Part shown: positions 36,901 to 48,566 of the stretch, one piece after another | Layout: each line of letters opens with the position of its first letter | Numbering within the stretch: the stretch's first letter is position 1 | Source: Laetmonice hystrix | Lineage: Eukaryota | Assembly (NCBI GenBank): GCA_965235115.1 | Contig: OZ249436.1 | Span: 25,980,001 to 26,044,000 of the forward strand | Length of the DNA: 64,000 nucleotides | Reading direction: 5' to 3' | Notes under the pieces: model-generated | What the model saw: only the letters and a program-made list of their open reading frames with translations | Told to the model about the DNA's origin: nothing | The model's database searches: none | Position numbers and translations under genes: made by a program

Positions 36901-39900
36901 AAAATTTACCCCTGTTGAGGCCTTGTTTCTACAACTCCATCGTGGATCCCCAGAGCTTGTTGGCCTCACAGGGGGGCACGACCTGACGGATGGTCAGTAT
37001 CATGTGTACTCCAGTGGTTTATATAGTAGGCTCTATTCCATAAATAATTCTGTTTGAGAAATCTGAAAAACTCTGAAAATCTAAGCATTCTATTTTCATG
37101 AAATTCCCGTGCTCACATTTCATGTCATAACCAGGACATATCACAAGCCAATCAAATTGTTTAAATTTACTCAGAGCTGCATAAAAAGAAACAGAACAAA
37201 TTTGAGGAACTGAAGTCCTTTCTTGCCATGACAGAATGACACAAATGTATATTTTTGTGTTTTATATAGATTAAGAATTGGAAGGATTGTTATCAAATTA
37301 ATGGCTTAATCTAAAATACTTATTGCAGAGTACCTGCAGAAACCACACTATTTCAATGTTCTGCAGGAGGTGGATGTTATTAGTCTGTGTGGTGCGTACC
37401 AGTTACTGTGATCTATAAAGCCTTTAACATGTAATGGTGGGTGCATGTAAAAATCTAAGAAAAAATGAAACTTTTACTTCTTAGCTTATTTTGAGAACAT
37501 GTACTGTTACCGAATTTAGTAATTATTGAGACCATGTGTCTTACATATGAGAGACTGTATTTCAGATGAAAGTGGCACCGTGCTATCATATGTTGTTCCA
37601 GAAGGCACAATTGTCAACGCTCAGACCGGTAGGTTGAAACCTTATACATGTATACCAGAAATTTATAGGTTGCTAAATTGAAATCCAGATTACAGTATAA
37701 ACATGACAAAATAATCAATGAAATGACAACATGGAGAACAAATACACTTTACAATTTTATTCCTCATACTTACCACCAGATTCAAACTCGCTTGGTGTTG
37801 ATGGTAAGTAAAGTTCTGTTTATCGTCATAAGACAGCTTCCCAAAAGTTGAAAATCCTTCACAGAAAATATACCAGGAACTTGACAAAATTATCGACTGG
37901 TTTAATGCCAGTAAACTGTCCCTAAATCAGGATAAATCACATTTCATTTTATTTGGTAATCAAAAGAATACGGCACCCCTTAGTCTTAAAATAAATGGCA
38001 AAAATACGAAACAGAATGAATCGACCAAATTTCTTGGATATGTAAATGGAAGAGGACATGTCATGACGCATGCAAATTGAATTCCTGTGTAATAAACTAT
38101 CAAAATGAATTGATCGGGTTATTAAGAAAGGCTAGGCAAACCTTATAATACTAGAACTCCGATTTAACTTTATTATTCCCTCCTATACCCTTATCTTAGT
38201 CCAGGAATATTAATATGGGGAAAGGCGAACTGCAAAATTCTGAATCCTCTTATCTAAATTAAAAAAAAAAACCAGCAATCAGTCTTACCTATAGTGAAAA
38301 AGCCCAAGCCCACACCAAACCGTTTTTCTTCAAATCCAAGACACTTCCCCTTGGTTATATCGACCTACATTACCCTTTATATTTACAAATTACAGTTTAT
38401 GTTTACACACACTTTCTAAACATACTACAAGGCAATCCAAGACGTTTCAAGTACCGGTACCAAAAACCACATCATCACTAGCACAGCGGTAAATTACATG
38501 TCAATACTTGTACCATCTGAATTTAACAAAATCATAAATAATTCCAACACTACACTTCACACCTCAATTCATTCATTCAACTAAAAAACAGATGAAAAAA
38601 CAATTCCGAAAAGAATTTGAACTTTTTTAGATAGTAGACTGTGCTTCAATGGCTGGATCGAACTCTCACATGCTCGGGAGCTTATACTTCCATCACTTTC
38701 TCCAAATCTGATTGTACTGCAATTTTTTGATGTTTGTTTCTGTTTGACTAATCCAACTTGTGTTATAACATACATCATATTATCTTTCACTACCTAATAT
38801 CTACTGTTGTAAGCGACCATTAGTATTGTTATGTAAAGTACTGTAAATGTCCCCCTAATGGACCCCCGACTGTCCCCCATGACGGCCCCGAGCTGACCCC
38901 TGTGACTGACCCCCATGACTGACCCCTAGGAGTTATGTTTTTACAGATGTGAACCAGCAATCAGTCACCGCCACCACGCCGATGCCTTCAACTTCGTCGT
39001 CGTCGGTAGCCTGCTCATCTTGGACGCCTTGCAGAAAAGGAAAAACAAGTTAGTGTAACAACGCATACGTCTCACAGTAAATTCCGGTTATAACAACAGA
39101 AAATCCGGTTATATCAAGTTTATTTACCTTGATACTTTATGCAAAAGGTACCAATTGGAAATTCAAACTTGTAGATATCTCTACTATACATGTATACCGT
39201 GTTTGACCGAGAATAAAGGCCCAGATCCACAGACCGATTTACGGCCAATTTTGCGATACGGCCGATTGTTCTTCATAGGAAAATTATGGAGAAAATCGGC
39301 CGTATCTCAAAATCGGCCGTAAATCAGTCCGTGGATGTGGGCCTTAAGGTGGCTGCCTGGTTTTAATCAAAGTCATGAAAAATCCTCCAAACTGACTTTT
39401 CTATATAGAAAAAGTGGTGTACATTTCAAAAATCAAAGAAAAAATGGGGGTCCCGAACTACTTTTTGAGATAAACGCATTAGACTCTTTTACCTAGCTGA
39501 AAAAAATGAAAAAAAAATAAGCATTTTTCCTAGCGAATAATATGGTCAGAAGTTGTATTCCTACATATATGCCAAACTTTCAAGAATGGTACTAAGGAAC
39601 TTGGTCCAGAATATTATAGCACCATAAAACTAATTTGTAAGGGAAAAAACAAGAAAAAAAATAAATAAAAGATACAATTTTTTTTTAAATAATAATTTTT
39701 TTCACGTTTTTTGCAAAAAGCGAAAAAGTCATGACAAATCCACTAATCTGATATTCCTAGATAGGTAAAGTTGTACTGAATCCAATTATGTAATAAAAAT
39801 GGGGGGGGGGGTCCCGAACTACTTTTTGAGATCCAGCCTCTAGACGGTGTTTAGTGTTAATGCTACAACTCAATAGCTTGGATAATATTTCCGTAGCGCT

Positions 39901-41230
39901 AAAAACAAAAATCATAGTAGCACAAAAGCGAAATGCCGGGCATAAGCGAGTTGTAGTCGCACCCAGAGTCCATGGCTTCACACTGGAGTAGGTGGTCAAT
40001 CGGTCGCGGTGCTCAGTGGGGCGGGGGGGGGGGGGGTCAGGGGGGTCTGGGACGGGGAGTCAGGAGACCTGGGACGGGTAGTCGGGGGGCCTGGGAGGGG
40101 AGTCGGGGTGCTGGATGGGGCAGGGAGTCGGGGGCCTGGGACAATGAGTTGGGGGGCTACTTGGGGCGGGAAGTCAGACCCTGAAGGTGCATGAGATAGG
40201 GAGTTGGGGCCCTCCTCAGGCCTTTAATACCACTGGCAACATTTTGGTCGGTGGGGCGCACCGACGGTTGAAACCCATATCGTCATGGATAGTCCATGAG
40301 GAGAAAAGTCCCTGGGGACCATTCATTAGTCCCCCTGCCCCGTAGGGGACCCTCAGTGGACCGAGACGTGACATTTTCCGGGAAATTCTCATATATCTAA
40401 GTTTGGTGACCCAGCGTGACCCCTGAAAACAATTGTAGGAGAACTTCCTCATATAGTCATGGATAGTCCATAAGAAGAAGAGTCCATGGGGACCAGCCAT
40501 TAGTCCCCCTGCCCCGTAGGGGACCCTCAGTGGACCGAAACGTGACATTTTCCGGAAAATTCTCATATATCTAAGTTTGGTGACCCAGCGTGACCCCTGA
40601 AAACAATTGTAGAGGAACTTCCTCCTAGTCATGGATAGTCCATGGGCAGAAGAGTCCATGGGGACCATTCATTAGTCCCCCTGTCCCGTAGGTTCGAATC
40701 GGATCCTATTTTCTGAATAAGATCCTGACTTGGCGAATCGTGTACCGTGTACCGTGTACCAGATCCTAACTTCACACTGCTCGCAGAGCAACCATTTTCA
40801 TAATCAGGCAGCCACCTTAAAGCCAAGCCTGAATACATTTGTAGGTCAGGGTAGACAGTAAAGCTGGTGCTACACTAGTACTCCTGCACATTATAGCATT
40901 TACCTGATTTATGTATTATGTTAAATGTTTCAAAAGGATTCTACAAAGATGATTACATGTTAAAATTAAATAAGCTCTGTCTGACTAAGTTACTACGGTG
41001 ACTTTACTATAATCAGCGGAGCTAAAAATTGAGATGCAATAATGATATTAGTTGTTACAACAGGCAACAAACGCAAGGTGCCAGAAGAAACGGAAGATTT
41101 ATACCAACAAGCCTTAAGAGAAGACATCAAACTGAAACAAATGCAGCAGGAATACATCAAATACAACACAATGTTGAAAAAAATACAAATTAAACAAATA
41201 TGCCAACAGATGGGGATTGATGAGGAATAA
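33994..41230 (+). CDS. Harbinger Myb/SANT-like DNA-binding protein, 7 exons, ~256 aa
   Basis: Exons 33994-34160, 36637-36695, 36843-36992, 37329-37391, 37566-37628, 38947-39048 and 41064-41230, all GT-AG and phase-compatible. MARRAEDWDFSQAIYLVELV..AAWEEI..QIKKKYQNIKTQAKKK..SGGG resembles the Harbinger Myb-like domain; coiled-coil-like C-terminus. Exons 4-6 are less certain. Confidence 0.8.
34977..35766 (+). mobile_element. Probable solo LTR in intron 1 of the Myb-like gene
   Basis: TGTAA..TTACA termini, TATAAATA at ~35109, ATTAAA at ~35708 and internal GC-rich duplicated blocks; no clean TSD. Confidence 0.45.
37790..38600 (+). pseudogene. Old degenerate CR1/L2-group LINE 3' fragment in an intron
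   Basis: Translates in part as KIYQELDKIIDWFNASKLSLNQDKSHFILFG..TKFLG, a C-terminal RT region, with many stops and frameshifts. Boundaries approximate. Confidence 0.6.
39217..39344. mobile_element. Small palindromic Tourist/Harbinger-like MITE
   Basis: ~50-bp inverted arms AGGCCCAGATCCAC..GTGGATGTGGGCCT flanked by TAA on both sides. Confidence 0.8.
39348..40816. mobile_element. Non-autonomous TTAA element with GG..CC termini (Kolobok-like)
   Basis: TIRs GGTGGCTGCCTG / CAGGCAGCCACC; TTAA at 39344-39347 and 40817-40820; internal ~184-bp tandem repeat at ~40280-40690. Confidence 0.8.
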
Positions 41231-41234
41231 TAGA

Positions 41235-41510
41235 GATGGTAATATTGGACCTAATATCAATTGTTACAGGAAATGTTGTATGACGGGGATGGTAATATTG
41301 GACCTAATGTTAATTGTTAAAGGAAGTGTGTGACGGGGTGGGGGGTTTAATATTGGACCTAATAATATCAATTGTTAAAGGAATTGTTGTATGACGGGGA
41401 TGCTAATATTGGACCTAATGTTAATTGTTAAAGGAAGTGTGTGACGGGGGGGTGTTAATATTAGACCTGAAGTTAATTGTTAACAAGGAAGTGTTGATTG
41501 AGGGGAGTAA
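41235..41510. repeat. ~55-60-bp minisatellite between the convergent Harbinger genes
   Basis: About five copies of TAATATTGGACCTAAT..AATTGTTAAAGGAA..TGACGGGG. Confidence 0.85.
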
Positions 41511-41677
41511 TAAAATATATTCGAGTGACATATTGTTACAGCAGGTGTTGTGTTCTATATCCATAGGGCCTATCGCTTTATCAAGGGAGAGCTATGTCAA
41601 AGACAGTAGATATTTTAAACATTTAAGTTGGCTGAAAAGCGGTCTCATAACCTGGAAAATTTGAGGGTTGGCTTACC

Positions 41678-44600
41678 TCAGTTTAGAAAGTGCCGCCTTG
41701 CCAGCTCCTCCCGATACATGCGGCCAACAATGTCGGCAGCTGCGTCCCGCACTGGTTCAGGTTGTTGGTCCATGTCATCTGGATCTGCGGCAAGCACGTG
41801 GATGTCGCCTCTTCTCGCGCCTAATGTCAAAGTAAAATATATTAGTACATGCATCACCCATCATAACTCCAATCTCCAATAACATAAATTAACTTTACTT
41901 TGTAGTCTACTAAAAGAGAAGGGAACTCGATTAGTTGCTTACTTACCGATGTTGTGCAATACTGCGCACGCTATAACTATTTGTGGCACCCGTTCGGTGG
42001 TCTTCAGCCGCAAGGTTCCACTCAACACTTGGAACCTCCTCTGCATAAAAATAATTAAATCAAGGTGATCTTGGTTTTGTAACGTTGAAAGGCTAATGTA
42101 ATTAATAAGAAATTATAAAATCGGGCATATTCACATTACTTTGTGCAATTTCCATTCTGAAATGATCAACAGTCAGTCTACCTTGAGGATGCCAAACGCC
42201 TGCTCAATGACCACGCGCGTTCTTGCCTGCGCTTGATTATAGCGTGTTTGGTGGTCTTCACGTGGTGTAAGATAAGGTGTCAGCATGTAGCGGCTGGCCG
42301 GGTAGGCTGCGTCACCAACTAAGTGGCCATTAACGATGCCTGTAGATCACAACATTTAATGAGATGGTAACAAATACTGGTGAAAGAGAGACCAGCAGAT
42401 TGTGTGAAACCAATCATTTAGACCTCCAAATAGGCCTATATTATTTTGGTATAAGGTCTTTATTGCACTTCATATCAATAAGTCGCACACATGTGGTTTA
42501 CCACAGGAGTCTGACACATGGCGGCGGCTGTGTTGTTATATTACTATAGCTACCGCCCGCCCAATGTGTCAGCTTCCTGTGGGTTTACATGTATAATTCT
42601 TGGCGTTCATTCCCATCTTACATTATGCCAGAAATCCTCCATTTCTCGATCTGATGCATAGCCTGATTGGTTTAGCTGATAGCCTGATTCCAATATCTAA
42701 AGTTAAAATATTCATGAGGCTAATACAGGTCCGTGAAATAAAATGTTCAGGATACCTTCTTCAAAGAGCCGCCTTAGGCCTGACGCTTCAAACACACGGG
42801 CGTCATGAGTCGAACCTGGCCAGCTTGCCACGACATCAACGAAGAGGAAATCAGATGTGCAGGCCATCTGAAATATCCAGTTCTGTAGTTCAGTTCACAC
42901 TTAGGGACCGTAAAAATCTTGACGTGAACAGTGGGAATACTTGTAGTACCGGTAATTGCAATCCTTTTTGGCTAGTGATTTCTGAACCTCAAATATTTTA
43001 ATTTAATGCATATTTTCACCTAGAATTCTTTAGGTATGCCTATATCCTAATATTATATTTTAATTTAATGTGTATGCATATATCATTTGGCTAGCCAAAG
43101 AATTCGGCTCTGTGCTCTGTACAGAGCCGAAGATCGCTGTTCAGAATTTCCGAGCGTACCCGGACAAATCTTCTGTCTGCCATGAAAAGCCCTCCCTTGT
43201 CTCTATATGTTGATGAAAAAGTGATGAATAAACTCAAAATAACTTATCTCTCATATCTGCAAGCTGGAAAAGCACGATGCGACAAAATAAAGACAGTCAC
43301 ATCTCTTGAACCGAGAAATTTCAATGCTCGTTGAGTGCCGCCATTACCGTCGGAGACACTCTCCAACGCAGAGCTACTTCCGCTTCGCTTTCGCTTCACA
43401 CAGTAGGTTATGATCCACTATTTATTTTCTTCTATAATTTAATGTAATGTTTTGGCCATTTTCAATGTTTAAAATAATTTCTGCGAATGTCTGCTTGGCA
43501 TGGCAGGTTAGATATACATGTTTCCGACAATAAAAACTCAATTTACGTATAGGTTGAATGATTAGATTTTATTTTATCGGAGCTTCTGTTACATGACCCC
43601 AGGTGGCACCACCAAATCGACCAGAATACAGGCCTGTGATACATAACATATTGGCTAAGATTTTCCAAGGAAAGTTAAGCAGATATTCTCTAATAACACA
43701 CTGATATTATTGATCATATAGTGAACTTTTTCTCTGTGGTATTTGATGAGCACATTCAGGGGGGTTATATCCATTCTTGGCCCTAGATACATTCACTCCA
43801 TACCATTTTGAGGGACAACCAGCAGCCCATTGGCTAAATAGGGGGTCATGACCTACAGATCAAGACCCATCACCCCGAATCTGTTCAAAATTGGACCCCT
43901 TTAATGGTTATATGTTTGCAACAACCACACAAAATATAAATGGTGTAGACTAAATGAAGACTGAGTTATCGATCATATACAATATGGACACTCGGAGATA
44001 AAAAAAACCCTATTTTGCCCTGCACTCATAGCAGTATTCTGACTTTGTGCACAAATTAGACAATGAATAAATTCATCTATGAACTTCTCATTTTAGTTAT
44101 GTATTAAGCCAACATGTTAAGTGTTCAAAAGTTGAAATTAATAAATATAAAGTGAGAATCTTCATTCCCTATGAAGCATGTGAGTACCCCCTGTCATATT
44201 TTCAGTAAAAAAAAGGTCCACTTTATTATATTTATCCCCATATCTCCCTATGTTGGATTTCAAAAGTGTCAAATTCAGTTGAGGGAATATGGGAAGGATG
44301 TTAACTTCAAAGAAACATCAAAAGAGATGTACTCCAAGTGTCTGTCTGGATGTATGGACCCCTCAAAGGTGGTCACCCACCCCAGGCAGGAAGCCTAGGT
44401 TAATAGGGGGAGGGGTTCAAAGGTGCCACTTGAGAGTCTGAGCTGCCTGGGAAGAGGGTGGGAGTGGGTATATATGAAGCCAACAGGCAGATCAAACTCA
44501 GTATCATTTTTCTGTTTGATTAGAACAGGATTTTAAAAAAAATTCGCCTAAATTATAGAGAATTTCTTAGAAAACTACCATGACATCACGTAGCAGAAAG

Positions 44601-47600
44601 AAGCACAGCTGGAGACATGGCTTTCAACCTGGTAACTGCGCCTACAAGTTGAGAAAGCAGGCCGGTAGGCCTGAACCAGACGTAGGTGTCTATGTAAGAC
44701 CCACCAAAGAAGAATTCGAATTACTCCGCTCACCTACACACAGTGGAAGAGGAGATCAGGCTGCAGCCACCATCACCGACAGTGAGGGCCGGCTGTGCAA
44801 GGCAAGGCCTTGCAAACAAAAAAAAAGAAAAACTGGCTGTCACACAGTGCATTCCTGCCTGAGGGCTTTGGCCTTACATGCACGGATGGTGACAAGGAGA
44901 AACTGGTCAGACTGATTGAATACAGGCTGGGCCAGAAAGTCCTGGAAAAGACCAAACACCTGTTAACCACCCAGAAATGTGAAGCTGTCAACAGGGCCAT
45001 AAGCAGTACAACACCCAAGAACAAAACATTTTCAAGGAACTTTGCTGCCAGAGTGCACTGTGCTGTGAATGCTGTGAATCGAGGGATTGGTGATTCAATC
45101 CTGAGTCAAACAGAGTTTGTGGGAGCCCCAGTCACTCCTGGTACACGGGTGACACGTGGCCTGCTGCGACGTCAGCAGCAGGACATGGCCAGAAAACTTG
45201 CCAGGGGGTCAACAAAGAAAAAGAATGCACGAATCAACAAAAGAAGGACACTTTTTAAGCTTAAGGACACCTGCGAACCACAGGATTCTAAAACTTATTA
45301 CCAGAAAATTCTTGCCTTGAAACAGACTCAGCACAGTGACCATACCTACACAAAAATGTGAACATAAATTATGGCCGTGAGAGAGCTCGGGGTTAGACCT
45401 AAACTAAAGCTACACCTACCAGGAAAAAAACAGTTAGGGGGGCCTAGGGGTGTGTTCCCGGGTGCAAACTTGCTGTGCATTACAAACACGTCTTGCAGCA
45501 TTCACTGGACGTGGCTCAAGGGTCAGGTGGGAGGGATTCACACACAGGGTTTGGTGGCACAAATGGCTAATTTCAACCCTATCTCCCTGAAGATTGATGT
45601 TGGGGGGGCATTAAAATCTGAACCGAAATGTGGTTAATATTTGGTTGTTGAATAAGGTAGTGTAATTGATAGGCTAATCTATGGACACGAAAATAAATCT
45701 TTTTAGAGGAACCTGGCAAACGAAGACTTAGAACCCCATAGTGTGAATCTCCCCACCTGGCCTCTGTCCACAGGAGGCACCCTCCACAAACGAGTCTACT
45801 TTTACTCAGTAACCTGCCCTGTACTTCTGTGACAGCCTGCCGCGGCTCCATGATGCTTTGGTGGGTATGGGTGACACTCTCTGAATGTTGACTTTGGCAA
45901 CCAGAAGTAAAATTCCTTTGTATAGTGAGTTTCCCATCAGGCCCCTACAGGTTATGATCCACTATTTATTTTCTTCTATAATTTAATGTAATGTTTTGGC
46001 CATTTTCAATGTTTAAAATAATTTCTGCGAATGTCTGCTTGGCATGGCAGGTTAGATATACATGTTTCCGACAATAAAAACTCAATTTACGTATAGGTTG
46101 AATGATTAGATTTTATTTTATCGGAGCTTCTGTTACATGACCCCAGGTGGCACCACCAAATCGACCAGAATACAGGCCTGTGATACATAACATATTGGCT
46201 AAGATTTTCCAAGGAAAGTTAAGCAGATATTCTCTAATAACACACTGATATTATTGATCATATAGTGAACTTTTTCTCTGTGGTATTTGATGAGCACATT
46301 CAGGGGGGTTATATCCATTCTTGGCCCTAGATACATTCACTAGGGACAACCAGCAGCCCATTGGCTAAATAGGGGGTCATGACCAGTAGTAAGCGAGTCT
46401 CTGCGTAGGAGCTTCCGTCGGAGAGATGCATGCTGGGATCAAAGGCAACATGGCGGCCGGTAAAACGCCGTTAAACGGGTGATCTAGACATGAATTTGAC
46501 GTTGTACTATTAAAAACACTGCTTCATGACCCCACACACTTACTGTCGAGATAAATGGATGCCGGTGAGTTGATCAGTGCAAGCGGTGGTGGTCTGGCCT
46601 GGGTGTGGTCTGGCCCGCCAGGAATTTAAGCCATTGCCTGTAAGCCTTGTTGGCTCGGCACAAGGCTTACTACGTAGGCTATCATTTGGCATGATATCTT
46701 TACCTGCACATTGACGGCAAACCGCCCTTTGCGGTTTCGGTACAACCAGTACCTAGGCTCAGAGGGCCTCATGATGGGCACCTGTGTGCCATCCACAGCC
46801 GCCAAGACGTTCGGAAGTCCTGAAGAAAGGGGGGAAAAGCCAAACGTATTAGACCCATGGATATAGACTCAATGTATGAAAAGAATCTTCATACCGATGC
46901 CCAGGCGCGTGTCCAGAGACGGGGGGGGTCTAGACCCCCCCCTGCTCCCACAGAGCATAGCTTTTTCTAAGCATTCCCGCCGTTTTAAACCCATTCAGCG
47001 ATTTTTCTACTAAGCATTCCCGCCGTTTTGAACCTGTTGAGCGATGAATCCACAAAATATAATGCCCTAATATGGCCCCTAAATGGCAGGGAATCGCGTC
47101 TCAGAGCATCTAATTTTAAAAAAATTTCCGAGACCCCACCTCCCTGCTGAAAATCCTGGACACGCCCCTGATGCCACACTATAGACCTAGATCTATAGTT
47201 CGATTTTTTGAGTTTCTTTTATTATTATTTTATTATTTGTTTCCTCTTATTTTCCCCCTTAGCCTAAGCTTTTTTTCCACATGCCTGCATGTCCACAAAA
47301 TGTTGTTCACGATTATGCCTAGGCCTAGATGTAAACCCCCTTTTTTTACGCCATTACTTCTTTAGTCAGCAACACTCAATATTCCAGACAACCCACCAGA
47401 AGTAGGAATAATATCTAACGCCTACCCAGGGATGGGCCCCTTGATAACTCAACAGAGTAAGGGCGCTGTCTGACAGGGGCAGGCCATTCTTCAAAAGGCC
47501 ATGCGCTCTTCAAAAGCAGGGGTGTAGCCGGGGGGGGGGGGGGGCCGAAGGGGGCCTTGCCCCCTCCCCCCACAATCAAACCTACCCCAGTAAAGATTGA

Positions 47601-48566
47601 ACTTGCATTATACAAACACCAATATGTGTTTAAAATGTGTGTCGCAGATCCCCCCCCCCCCCCCCCGTGGCTACGCCCCTGAAAGGGCAGCGCGGGTAGT
47701 TGTAGGGCCTAACTGTCGCGCCCTGCTATTTTTCACTAGGGGAGGCACTCTCAATATTCTGCCTTCCACTGTGAGACAAGAATTTTACAGCCTCCTTTAG
47801 TTCTGTGTCTGGCCGACAGGGAATCCCCGGATCACATTATATATGCGGCGCCTTCTCAACAGACGGCTCTGCGAGCGTGTCCGTTTTAGCATAGCTAGGC
47901 CAAACGTTAGGCCTATAAGGTCAAGGCCGAGGGTACGTCACTGACATTGTTTGACAGTGAGTGCCAAGACGATAGGACAGGATGAGAGTCTTTATGATAT
48001 TATTGGCCGTTCATTATGGACTTTTCCAAGCACAAGGGAAGGAAAGTACTTAGGTATTTCATCAATTAGCCTACAATGACTTTGTAGAGGTGAAGATGTA
48101 GACAAGGATACTCACCAGCGATGGCCATAAACTTGCGCCGTACTGTGGCATGCTCTTCGAGATGGAGGCCGACATGGCGGTTGGCGATAGACATCACTGC
48201 TGCCGTAACGCGACCGACGACATTCCACACCGCAGATTTTGAAATGGTGGGGAAAATGTCACCCACAACTAAAAGTATTGAATTATTTGCAAGAAAACGC
48301 AGGCAAATAAGGACTTCTAGCAAAGGAGGGAATGGAGTACCTCGTAGCGACGGCCGACGGAGCAGGTCAGAAACCTCACTAACAATAAAAATTATTGAGT
48401 CTGTGCTGAACCTATATCTGGCAAATGTCTCTCGCTCACTCAAACTCTCTAAAGGGTTGAACGGGTCAAACAGTCTTCTTCGTATCTGTTGATTATTTTC
48501 ATTTCGGTGGTGAAATTGAAACAATCGCCGACGATGTATGGCATCCGCCATTTTCCTAACAACCAT
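41678..48566 (-). CDS. PIF/Harbinger DDE transposase (HARBI1-like family), 6 exons, ~357 aa, intact
   Basis: Exons 48566-48116, 46819-46704, 42867-42756, 42339-42182, 42040-41947 and 41820-41678 are GT-AG, phase-compatible and total 1074 nt. Motifs FARYRF, AAVDGTQV, YRNRKG, WPGSTHDARV, LVGDAAY, RVVIEQAFGILKRRF and CAVLHNI. Confidence 0.93.
44580..45361 (+). pseudogene. Internally deleted transposase (N-terminal and C-terminal parts in different frames)
   Basis: ORF 44580-44915 has a basic N-terminus with FQPGN. ORF 44795-45361 has TTQKCEAVNRAISSTTPKNKTFSRNFAARVH, resembling the last catalytic-E region of Kolobok/Mutator-like transposases, and ends in a DHTY motif. Far too short for a full enzyme. 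Confidence 0.65.
45435..45851 (-). pseudogene. His-Me finger (His-Cys box, I-PpoI-like) endonuclease with a homopolymer frameshift
   Basis: GCLLWT..YG..FRVHRLAY in ORF 45579-45851. Removing one base of the G7 run at ~45602 continues into EISHLCHQTLCVNPSHLTLEPRPVNAARRVC..C..H. Confidence 0.85.
46902..47170. mobile_element. Short MITE with CAGG..CCTG ends and 5-bp TSD
   Basis: CAGGCGCGTGTCCAG / CTGGACACGCCCCTG; ATGCC duplicated. The interior resembles a segment in each unit of the 1-11 kb array. Confidence 0.75.
47517..47681. mobile_element. Short MITE with CAGGGG(C/T)GTAGCC TIRs
   Basis: CAGGGGTGTAGCC / GGCTACGCCCCTG with G and C runs; TSD imperfect (AAAG). Confidence 0.6.

Larger units (their letters stand above)
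43406..46384 (+). mobile_element. KolobokP-like DNA transposon with long terminal direct repeats, internally deleted
   Basis: Direct repeats 43406-43853 and 45950-46384 are near-identical except for a 13-bp indel, each bounded by GGTTATGATCC..GGTCATGACC inverted ends. AGTA TSD outside, TACA at both inner borders. Transposase remnant on +, His-Cys box nuclease on -. Confidence 0.85.

Noticed and set aside
43406..46384. LTR retrotransposon or TRIM
   Set aside because: Repeats lack TG..CA ends, and no PBS, gag, RT or integrase was seen; the internal genes are a DNA transposase remnant and a His-Cys nuclease.
41678..48566. Domesticated host gene HARBI1
   Set aside because: Flanked by intact TIRs and a TSD and paired with a Myb-like gene, so it is a transposon copy; no gene symbol assigned.
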